From the NCBI GenBank assembly GCA_964373795.1, contig CAYJVY010000002.1:106504-138503 (forward strand): a DNA stretch of 32,000 nt. The letters are read 5' to 3'. This DNA is from an uncultured archaeon. Its GTDB lineage: Archaea; Iainarchaeota; Iainarchaeia; Iainarchaeales; DATDZZ01. The translations under genes were made by a program, and so were the position numbers. This document shows, piece by piece, positions 25,152 to 32,000 of this stretch. The notes under the pieces were generated by a model, which was not told the DNA's origin, made no database searches, and worked only from the letters and a program-made list of their open reading frames with translations. Positions within the stretch are counted from its first letter, which is position 1. Each line of letters starts with the position of its first letter.

Positions 25152-28100
25152 TTATTCCGTGCCACCTAATTTCATTAAACTCATAATGTCTTGAAGGGAT
25201 AAAATTATGTTTGGAACTTGAGTTAATGGTTCAACTTTTACTTGTCCAGTGAAAATTCCTAAAATAATTTGAGTAAACATTTTAATTGGAATACTCACAT
25301 CATTAAAGCTTGGAGGTCTAAAACCTTCTTCTTCCCAGTAAGGTTTTATTTCTTGTTCTCCTTCAACTTCTTTAATTATTGTGGACAAGAGGTTGTAAAA
25401 ATAATCAAATTCAACTAAAACTGTTACACTTAAATTATCTAGAGAAGTTGTTTCATCAATTGCTTTTACTTGAATTAATTTTTCTTTATCAACTGTGAAA
25501 AGCATTCCGGATACAAGTTCTTCTTTATCCGCTATTTTAATTGCAATTCTTGCCTGTCCACCAAACCTGTCACTAATTCTATTCACTAAACCAACAACTT
25601 CTGGAACTTGCCTCATTAACTCTATGTCTTCAGGAGTAGGACCTTTAATTTCTCGTTTGAATTCTTCTGCAATCATTTTCTTAAATTCTTCCTTTGAAGG
25701 AAAAAACCATGTTTTCATGTAAGGACTTAAAACATTTAATTTTTTGTTTTTGCCTTCACTGAAAAAAGTTGTTTCAGAAAATTTTTCAAAAAATCGAACT
25801 TTTCCATTAGATGATTCAAATTCAAAGCTTAAAAGTTGTGCTTCTGAAGGCCATTCAGTTTTTCCCAAGCAATTTAAGTTTCTAGCAATTTTATCAGTGT
25901 TTTGCAAAAAGCTTTCATAAACAAATCTAATTGATTCTCCGTGAAAACGAAATTGGTTTGGATTTTTTTCAACCAACTCTGAAAAAAACCATGAACTAAA
26001 ATCATTATTCAATGAATTCTGTAATTCAATTCTTTCCTGAACTGCATCTTTTAATTCTTTTTCACACCAAGAATTATTTAACTGTAAATCTGATTGTTGT
26101 CTGAATTCATTAAATTTTTCAAATTCTTGTCCCCATCCATTAAACCAAATTCCTCCATGAAATTCTCCAGAAGTTTTCTTTCCACAGTTCCCACCCATTT
26201 CAAATTGCGAAATTGTTTCTGGCCAAGAATCTGATTTCACGCAACGAAAAGAAACAGTATTCCTTTTATCCTCAGAACATCTAGGAGAAGCACAATCTGA
26301 ATCTGTTTCACAAGATTTTTGTTCACGCGATTCACAGCCATTCAACCAATCCCCATCAACATCAAACCATCCTTGCTGACATTGACACCAACCTCTTTCT
26401 GAATTACATAATTGATTTGCATTACACTTAATGTTTTCACAAGAAGGAGGCAAGGGTTCACTAACTAAACTATCAAGAGCGGTTATAAAAGAAGTAATAG
26501 GCAAAAAAGATGCAACTCCATTTAATTTTGAATCTACTAAAAGATTTGCATCTCTTAAAGCATTTTCATCCTTAACTGGAACTGGTTTGTTTTTATCCAT
26601 TGATTCTCCAGGGAGAGGAGGTTGAATTGGTTTAGTTGGCTGAGAAGGTTGAATTTCTCCCTTGCATTGACAAGATTCTCCATCCAAGTATTGTCCTTCA
26701 AGGCAATTTATTTGAGGACATTCACAGTTAAACGTTTGAGGATCAACTATGCGAGGAGAGTCACATTTCCAGTTTCCTTTATCGTAATTGCATTTCACGC
26801 ATTCAGGGTAAAGGGAGTTACATTGATTGTCTAAATTATTATTTAAAACCTGATTTAAACAAGAATTCCATTGCTTGCAGGATTTTCTGCAACCACCTCC
26901 ATAAAATTCATCTTGACAGTCATAACAAGGATCACAAACACTTGAACATTTTGATTCATTGCAATTATTACAAGTACTGCAAACGCTTTCACATGCTTGA
27001 GGATTATTTGGATTTGCTTCATTGCATTGCGAACAAGCATCGCATTCAGTTTTACATTGAGTTCCAGAGCAATTCCAACAACCATTTTCTCCTCCACAAG
27101 TTTTTTCACAAAGCCTTCCACAGTCCTTAAAATCAACACAATCAGGATCCTCACAATCTCTAAATCCGTCGTCATCGTTATCTAATTCATCTTTACAAAA
27201 AGAATTTTTTTCATTTCCACCTAAAGCTGAAATACATTCAGCATTTTTACAAGAATTTTCTTGTCCACAAAATTCTTCTTTGGATTGACAATAAGAATTA
27301 GTTCTTTGAATTTCATTCTTAAATAATTCACGTCTATAATTTGTTTGCGAAATTTTTTCCTTCTTAAAATCAGAAGTGAATTCATTAAAAAGTTGTTCAA
27401 ATCGAGCAGTTAAATCTGTTACAGTTAAACTTGACTGCAAGTCTTCTCTGTTAACGCGTTCGGTTAAAGCATTAACAATGTTTTCTAATTCAATTCTTTT
27501 AACTCCAAGGCTTCCGCCTTCAACATGTCTTGCAGCATTAGATTTTATGTCGTGCAATATATTTCGCATGCGTTTTAATAGTTCTTCATCGCTTAAGTCC
27601 TCCAAATTTTCTCTTTCAAAAGGAAATTCAAATTCCATTGGCTTTGAAAACCTAAAATCCAAGTAAGTATTAAATCCATGCCATTGCTGTGAAAGATTTT
27701 CATTTAAAACCCAATAAATTACTCCTTCATCTGATTCAAACAAAACTCCTCTCCATTCAAGTTGTTCTTCTACTCCAGAAGATTTTTCAAAAAAGCTTGT
27801 CATTAATTTTTCACAAGAATCCTTATTTTTCCACAAAAAATCATTTAAAACTCTTTGATAATTAGCTGTCTTTGAAGCTAAGGATTGCAAGTCTTCTTCG
27901 CGTTTTGAAGAAAGATAAGAGTAAAGCGAATTATTAATGTCTTGCAGTAATTGTTTTGCATTAATCTCTTCTTCAGCTGTTTTAAACTGCATTTGAAAGT
28001 CAATCCAGTAAAATGCTTGAAGCGAATCCTTGTATTCAGCCATGTGAGGAAAAGCATTAAACATAATTCGAATTTTTTTGCCTTCAAAAATTGTTTTCTC

Positions 28101-28709
28101 CCATCTAGGCAAAGGATTTTTCACGCGAACAGATTTTTGAAGATTTTCAACCCAAACCCATTCCTCAGAACCAGTTGGCTGTCCAAAAACTTTTTGAACT
28201 TCTTCTGCGCTCCAACCACGAAAATTAAATTCATCTCGCCTTGACTCTTCTCTAAACAATGAATCAAGTTTTTCCCCTAATACTGCAACTCTCTTTAAAT
28301 CCTCTTTAGCCAAAGCTTCACGAATTTGAGTTAAAAGCTTTAATGCTTCTTCATTGTTTTCAGCTTTGAACTCTGCTTCAATTTCATTCAATATTAAGTC
28401 AAGTTTTTTTAAATCCCTCTTCAAAAAAGCTTTTTCTGCTTCATCAAATAATGAAAAAAGTTTTTCATTTGAAGGAGGTTCTTCTACTACAACTTTTTGC
28501 TGGGAATAAAAATTCGCATAAAGTTTTTCTCTAAAAGAATTCATTAAAACCCTTAACTGTAAAAAAGTTAATTCCCCTGATTCATATCTTTCAGCCACAG
28601 AAATTAGTTCAGAAAAATTTGATTGCAAATCTTCATTTGATTGAGCAAAAACAGGAATAGAAAAAATCAAACAAAGAAATGCAAATACAAGGAAAAACCT
28701 TAAATGCAT
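25152..28709 (-). CDS. Giant secreted cysteine-rich surface protein (1185 aa from the MHL start)
   Basis: The signal peptide is MHLRFFLVFAFLCLIFSIPVFAQS. I preferred this start over the track start at 28814, which would overlap the divergent ogg gene. Region 26664-27290 has 36 Cys in 209 codons by my count and includes DELDNDDDGFRDCEDPDC. A Pro-rich linker follows, then an EGF-like Cys module at 26184-26441 (11 Cys). Confidence 0.8.
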   Translation of the reverse strand: MHLRFFLVFAFLCLIFSIPVFAQSNEDLQSNFSELISVAERYESGELTFLQLRVLMNSFREKLYANFYSQQKVVVEEPPSNEKLFSLFDEAEKAFLKRDLKKLDLILNEIEAEFKAENNEEALKLLTQIREALAKEDLKRVAVLGEKLDSLFREESRRDEFNFRGWSAEEVQKVFGQPTGSEEWVWVENLQKSVRVKNPLPRWEKTIFEGKKIRIMFNAFPHMAEYKDSLQAFYWIDFQMQFKTAEEEINAKQLLQDINNSLYSYLSSKREEDLQSLASKTANYQRVLNDFLWKNKDSCEKLMTSFFEKSSGVEEQLEWRGVLFESDEGVIYWVLNENLSQQWHGFNTYLDFRFSKPMEFEFPFERENLEDLSDEELLKRMRNILHDIKSNAARHVEGGSLGVKRIELENIVNALTERVNREDLQSSLTVTDLTARFEQLFNEFTSDFKKEKISQTNYRRELFKNEIQRTNSYCQSKEEFCGQENSCKNAECISALGGNEKNSFCKDELDNDDDGFRDCEDPDCVDFKDCGRLCEKTCGGENGCWNCSGTQCKTECDACSQCNEANPNNPQACESVCSTCNNCNESKCSSVCDPCYDCQDEFYGGGCRKSCKQWNSCLNQVLNNNLDNQCNSLYPECVKCNYDKGNWKCDSPRIVDPQTFNCECPQINCLEGQYLDGESCQCKGEIQPSQPTKPIQPPLPGESMDKNKPVPVKDENALRDANLLVDSKLNGVASFLPITSFITALDSLVSEPLPPSCENIKCNANQLCNSERGWCQCQQGWFDVDGDWLNGCESREQKSCETDSDCASPRCSEDKRNTVSFRCVKSDSWPETISQFEMGGNCGKKTSGEFHGGIWFNGWGQEFEKFNEFRQQSDLQLNNSWCEKELKDAVQERIELQNSLNNDFSSWFFSELVEKNPNQFRFHGESIRFVYESFLQNTDKIARNLNCLGKTEWPSEAQLLSFEFESSNGKVRFFEKFSETTFFSEGKNKKLNVLSPYMKTWFFPSKEEFKKMIAEEFKREIKGPTPEDIELMRQVPEVVGLVNRISDRFGGQARIAIKIADKEELVSGMLFTVDKEKLIQVKAIDETTSLDNLSVTVLVEFDYFYNLLSTIIKEVEGEQEIKPYWEEEGFRPPSFNDVSIPIKMFTQIILGIFTGQVKVEPLTQVPNIILSLQDIMSLMKLGGTE

Positions 28710-28792
28710 TAAAGTAATGCGTCTTTTAAAAATAAAAATCCTTCGATTGAAAAAACAAAGAATTTTAAACAATTTTTTACTCAAAGAATTTA

Positions 28793-29152
28793 ATGAAGCA
28801 ATTATTGAATTCAATTAATGAATTAAAGAATGGTTCGCAAAAACAAGTAATTCACTCCAGAATTAAAGAATTTGAAGAGTTTCAAGAAAAAAACATTGAA
28901 GAAATTTTTCAAGAACTCTGTTTCTGCATTCTAGCTGCAAACTTTAATGCTGAAAAAAGCATGAAAATTCAAAAAGAGTTAGGAAAACAGTTTCTAACTT
29001 TGCCTGAAAAAAAATTGGCAAAAAAATTGAAAGAACTTGGGCATAGATTTCCAAATACTAGAGGTAAATATATTGTTGAAGCACGTCAAGTGAAAAATTC
29101 ATTGAAACAAAAATTAAAAAAAATTCAAAACGAAGCAGAACTTTTTAAATGA
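28793..29152 (+). pseudogene. ogg: Ogg2-type 8-oxoguanine DNA glycosylase, 3-prime truncated (N-terminal about 120 aa only)
   Basis: The sequence ELKNGSQKQVIHSRIKEFEEFQEKNIEEIFQELCFCILAANFNAEKSMKIQKELG..LTLPEKKLAKKLKELGHRF aligns, from memory, with archaeal Ogg2 such as MjaOgg (about 207 aa). The HhH-GPD motif and the catalytic Lys/Asp that should follow are absent. The ORF stops where base composition changes. Confidence 0.65.
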
Positions 29153-29790
29153 TTTCTGAATCTATCTTTCTAATGGTCGAACGTTTGGTAAAGAATGCAT
29201 TAAAGAAGCCTGCTTTGAAAAACGCATTGCCTGGTTTCATCAATGCAAAACTTGTTATTGATGAACTCGCAGAACATTCCGGTTTCTTGGGGTGGGGGTT
29301 TAAGAGAATTATGCTGCCGCTGGCCATTTTTTACGTGATTTTAGGCTTCCTGCTCGGAGAACACGTCCTGGGCTCGCTATTAATGGGAATTATTATTTTT
29401 CTTTATGCCAATTTTCTGCCGGATCTTGATACATTTTTTCAATTCACCAACAACAAGAATAATGAAGTTGGAACGGCAAAAAAGAGGATTGCCCTCTTCT
29501 TGGCTCCGCTGGTAATTTATTATATTTTATCAAGAAGGCAGAAAGGTTGGGGCCTGGGAAAGGACAAGCCATTTCACAACGTGAGGGCTCTTCTGGAGTT
29601 CAGCGTTTTCTTAATGATTCTTGGAAGCATACTTTATTTCTCATTTCTTAAAGCGTTTTTCTTCATGATCTTTGGTTTTAGCGGTTATTGCACTCACCTA
29701 CTAATCGATGGAAAAATAAGCTGGATAAAAATAAAGAGAACACAAACCGCAAAAAATAAAATAAATGCGGATTTCTCAGAGTTGAGTTAA
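29149..29790 (+). CDS. Membrane protein, DUF457/YdjM-like putative metal-dependent hydrolase
   Basis: Several TM helices are present, along with NFLPDLD, PFHN and CTHLLIDG, which resemble the PD.D / H / sHl.lD pattern of DUF457. G+C is about 40-47% in the lines I counted, above the native background. Confidence 0.45.
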   Translation: MISESIFLMVERLVKNALKKPALKNALPGFINAKLVIDELAEHSGFLGWGFKRIMLPLAIFYVILGFLLGEHVLGSLLMGIIIFLYANFLPDLDTFFQFTNNKNNEVGTAKKRIALFLAPLVIYYILSRRQKGWGLGKDKPFHNVRALLEFSVFLMILGSILYFSFLKAFFFMIFGFSGYCTHLLIDGKISWIKIKRTQTAKNKINADFSELS

Positions 29791-30007
29791 GTCATCACAA
29801 CCTTTTTGCAAGCAAAAAGCTTGACCAAAAAGTTCAGCAGGTGTTAAACTTAGAGCATTACCACAAATTTGATGGGCGTTAGCAACGGTTTCAAAAACTC
29901 CCTGTTCCCCGCATTGTAAATGGAAAATAAATAGTTCATATTTTAACCGTTGCTCCGGCGGTCATCAACGAAGCTGGAAACGGCACGGAACAAAGCCGGA
30001 AAACAAA

Positions 30008-30052
30008 CACAAATTCCACAAATTTTTCTTTACATTCACAAATTGTTCTTTA
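30008..30052. repeat. Iteron-like direct repeats (CACAAATT core) in a 540-bp non-coding gap
   Basis: CACAAATT occurs at 30008, 30017 and 30037, and also at 29862. Two extended 17-mers, CCACAAATTTTTCTTTA (30016-30032) and TCACAAATTGTTCTTTA (30036-30052), differ at 2 positions. Confidence 0.6.
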
Positions 30053-30330
30053 TAAAGAGTCGAAGGACAAATAGGCAAAATGCTTGCGAAGGCTGGCATC
30101 AAATGTTACGCTGAAACGTAACAGATTTCCACCGGTTTTGTTACAGTTTTTCTTACCCTTTTGGCGAGGCGTATGAAACAGGCATTTGCAGCAAAAAGCG
30201 CTCATAAAAATCGTGTTTAATAGCCAAAAACAAGTGATGTTCTGTCACTATTGCCTGATTTTGACTAAAAGCATCCAATAAAAACATTAAACTAAACATT
30301 TTTATATACTTTTGTTTAGTATGATTATCT

Positions 30331-31587
30331 ATGTTGCGGGATGATTTGGCATTGCAAAAACTTGAATTAGAAAAACGGTTAGCAGAACCCTACGTTGAAC
30401 GCGAAGCGCAGTTCCGGAATTTGAATAGTGATTTGATTAAAGTAGTGATTGGCCCGCGTCGTGCCGGAAAGTCTTTTTTTGTAATTCACCAGTTACAAAA
30501 ATTGGGACCGTTTGGTTACGTGAATTTGGACGATGAACAGTTGGCCAAGGTCGAGAATTTTAACGAGATTCTGGTGGCAGTGGATGAATTATATGGCTCG
30601 CCGCGCTATTTATTATTGGATGAAATTCAAAATTTTCCCCGTTGGGAGCTGCTGGCAAACCGGTTGCAGCGACAGGGCAGAAACTTGTTTTTGACAGGCA
30701 GCAACTCAAACCTATTAAGCAAAGAACTTGCAACTCATTTGACAGGGCGGCATACGCTGGCACACGTTTTTCCGTTTTCGTTCCGAGAAGTTCTGGGATT
30801 GGAAAAACGAGAACTAACAACCACTGAAAAAAAAGAAAAATTGCTGACCTATGCACAATATGGAGGCTTTCCAGAGCCGGTAGTTAAAAAAATGGATTTT
30901 GCGGATTACATTGCCCGCCTTTTTGATGCAGTGGTTTACAAGGACATTGTTTCACGATATAAAATAAGGCGCATTAAGACCCTGCAAGAAGCCGCGCGAA
31001 TACTGTTTGCAAACATAGCAAAGGAATTCTCGTATACTTCACTGAAAAATTCGGTTCAACAGACAAGCGTCATCACACTCCAGCAATATGTCTCATACTT
31101 GGAAGAGGCATATGTTTTTTTTGGAGTCCCGCGTTTTTCCTTCAAAGTAAAAGAACATGAACGCTCCAACAAAAAAATATACTGTTTTGACAATGGCTTC
31201 ATTTTCGCCAAGGCATTCAAAGCAAGTCCGGACTGGGGAAGACTGTTTGAAAACCTAGCCGCCATTGAGCTAAAAAAAGCAGAAATCGACGGAAAACTCG
31301 ACTTTTATTATTGGAAAAACCCGCAGCACGAGGAAGTAGATTTCGTCATAAAAGGAGGCACAAAAATAATCCAATTAATTCAGGTCTGCTACGATGTTTC
31401 CGATTCCGAAACAAAAAAAAGAGAGATTCGCGCACTAATAAAAGCCAAACAGGAACTAAAATGCAACAACCTTTTGGTTCTTACAAACGATTATGAAGCT
31501 GAAGAATCGGCAGAATGGTTCGGAGAAAAAGCAAAAATAAAATTCATGCCGTTGTGGAAATGGCTCATAACAAAAGAAGACAGGTGA
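30331..31587 (+). CDS. AAA-superfamily ATPase with a DUF4143 C-terminal domain
   Basis: Walker A is VVIGPRRAGKSFF and Walker B is LLLDEIQNFPRWE. Other motifs are LTGSNSNLLSKELATHLTGRH and a C-terminal EVDFVI. G+C is about 47% in the line I counted. Confidence 0.8.
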   Translation: MLRDDLALQKLELEKRLAEPYVEREAQFRNLNSDLIKVVIGPRRAGKSFFVIHQLQKLGPFGYVNLDDEQLAKVENFNEILVAVDELYGSPRYLLLDEIQNFPRWELLANRLQRQGRNLFLTGSNSNLLSKELATHLTGRHTLAHVFPFSFREVLGLEKRELTTTEKKEKLLTYAQYGGFPEPVVKKMDFADYIARLFDAVVYKDIVSRYKIRRIKTLQEAARILFANIAKEFSYTSLKNSVQQTSVITLQQYVSYLEEAYVFFGVPRFSFKVKEHERSNKKIYCFDNGFIFAKAFKASPDWGRLFENLAAIELKKAEIDGKLDFYYWKNPQHEEVDFVIKGGTKIIQLIQVCYDVSDSETKKREIRALIKAKQELKCNNLLVLTNDYEAEESAEWFGEKAKIKFMPLWKWLITKEDR

Positions 31588-31613
31588 CCACAAAAATGGA
31601 AAGCGTGGTCACC
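31583..31613. repeat. 9-bp perfect inverted repeat (hairpin) spanning the ATPase stop codon
   Basis: GGTGACCAC (31583-31591) and GTGGTCACC (31605-31613) are separated by a 13-nt loop. No T-run follows, so I do not call it a terminator. Confidence 0.6.
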
Positions 31614-31643
31614 CAAACATTCTACAATCAATGTGGATAGAAT

Positions 31644-31994
31644 ATGAAGAAGCAATCTTTGATGGAAATTGAGAATTTTTACATACAAAGAGGTTATTAT
31701 GGGGAAAGACTCAGGATGGCGCTGAAAAGAGACAAAGAGTACCAAAAACTGTTGAAGGAAAGAAGAAGAAAAATCAGTACACAAATTAAGTCGAGTTCCT
31801 TGGAGAGAAAAAAATTTGTCCTTTCTACTGATGCCGATTTTGAAATTTTGGGCAAGTGTAAGCAACTTCAAAAATGCAGGTTAAAAACTTCAGATAAAAA
31901 AACTGTAAAATTAATCAAGTCACAGCTCGAAGATGATTGGCGAAAACCGCTTATTCAAGCACTGAACCGAATGCTGACAAAGTATCAAAAATAA
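31644..31994 (+). CDS. Hypothetical basic protein (116 aa)
   Basis: The Lys/Arg/Glu-rich composition is coherent (KFVLSTDADFEILGKCKQLQ...LEDDWRKPLIQALNRML). I preferred it over the antisense ORF 31491..31871, which overlaps the ATPase 3-prime end. I do not recognise the family. Confidence 0.5.
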   Translation: MKKQSLMEIENFYIQRGYYGERLRMALKRDKEYQKLLKERRRKISTQIKSSSLERKKFVLSTDADFEILGKCKQLQKCRLKTSDKKTVKLIKSQLEDDWRKPLIQALNRMLTKYQK

Positions 31995-32000
31995 ATGCGG

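Noticed and set aside
25152-28814. The long form of the giant ORF starting at 28814 (MNSIIASLNS...)
   Set aside because: The first 35 codons would overlap the divergent ogg start (28793) and lack signal-peptide character. The internal MHLRFFLVFAFLCLIFSIPVFAQS at 28709 is a textbook signal peptide and leaves an 83-nt divergent promoter region.
29149-29260. The N-terminus of the DUF457-like ORF (MVERLVKNALKKPALKNALPGFINAKLVIDE) faintly resembles the Ogg2 region REFLVRNIKGIGYKEASHFLRNVG..IIDRH, suggesting that ogg continues in a shifted frame
   Set aside because: Identity is low and the invariant HhH glycines are missing. An extra insertion of about 10 aa plus a frameshift would be needed. G+C already rises from about 29160. 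I treat this as coincidence unless a profile alignment says otherwise.
29776-29961. A 61-codon open frame on the minus strand in the non-coding gap (PPEQRLKYELFIFHLQCGEQGVFETVANAHQICGNALSLTPAELFGQAF...)
   Set aside because: It has no usable start codon (no ATG or GTG; the only TTG is 11 codons from its stop). It overlaps the 3-prime end of the 29149..29790 gene and shows no recognisable motif. At most it is a gene remnant.
591-31871. Many 60-130 aa ORFs in the track lie antisense to, or out of frame within, longer genes. Examples are 591..797, 1070..1276, 2591..2773, 5597..5788, 6898..7167, 7777..7980, 8441..8686, 11906..12118, 12574..12813, 13617..13892, 14178..14387, 14496..14894, 15431..15649, 16904..17131, 17441..17623, 18772..18993, 20833..21286, 21360..21542, 22147..22818, 24946..25149, 25495..28244 (several), 29145..29327, 30560..31496 and 31491..31871.
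   Set aside because: They are shadow ORFs of confidently assigned genes. Their composition is low-complexity (Phe/Leu/Ser/Lys-rich), which is typical of antisense frames in AT-rich DNA. None shows a recognisable motif.
1-32000. CRISPR arrays, rRNA genes, and transposase or integrase genes
   Set aside because: I saw no regularly spaced repeat-spacer array. The only GC-rich rRNA-like stretches are the tRNA and the 6601-6787 island. No ORF has recombinase or transposase motifs such as DDE or the R-H-R-Y tyrosine recombinase residues.

Overview
This is a very AT-rich, gene-dense window. The native 60-nt lines I hand-counted are about 20-27% G+C. It looks like a small-genome archaeon, possibly DPANN-like, but that assignment is inference. 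The supporting evidence is a geranylgeranyl (archaeal lipid) reductase, an archaeal Ogg2-type glycosylase, a pyruvoyl AdoMet decarboxylase, a tRNA with no encoded CCA, an intein-bearing HerA/FtsK-superfamily ATPase, TATA-like promoters and many Lys-rich protein tails. All three stop codons are used, so the code is standard.

Contents:
- Housekeeping genes: guaB, GGR, speH, ITPase, Nudix, a family III CoA-transferase, an MFS transporter, a histidine phosphatase and tRNA-Leu(UAG).
- Three toxin-antitoxin modules: PIN/RHH, RelE plus a small unlisted antitoxin, and DUF433/DUF5615.
- A LAGLIDADG intein inserted in the Walker A loop of an ATPase that also carries an in-frame TAA.
- A degraded LAGLIDADG gene next to the tRNA.
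- A frameshifted pterin dehydratase gene.
- A glycosylation-like surface cluster.
- A three-gene operon ending in an ATP-grasp-less PEP-utilizer (swivel His) protein.
- A 1185-aa secreted cysteine-rich protein followed by a ferric-reductase-TM/DM13 fusion.

Two compositional anomalies stand out. One is a 187-bp, 67% G+C, repeat- and hairpin-rich non-coding island at 6601-6787. The other is a switch to about 40-47% G+C from about 29160 to the window end. That switch coincides with truncation of the ogg gene and brings in a DUF457-like membrane protein, a 540-bp non-coding stretch with iteron-like repeats and a DUF4143 AAA ATPase.

All functional calls rest on motifs I recognised by eye. No database search was run.
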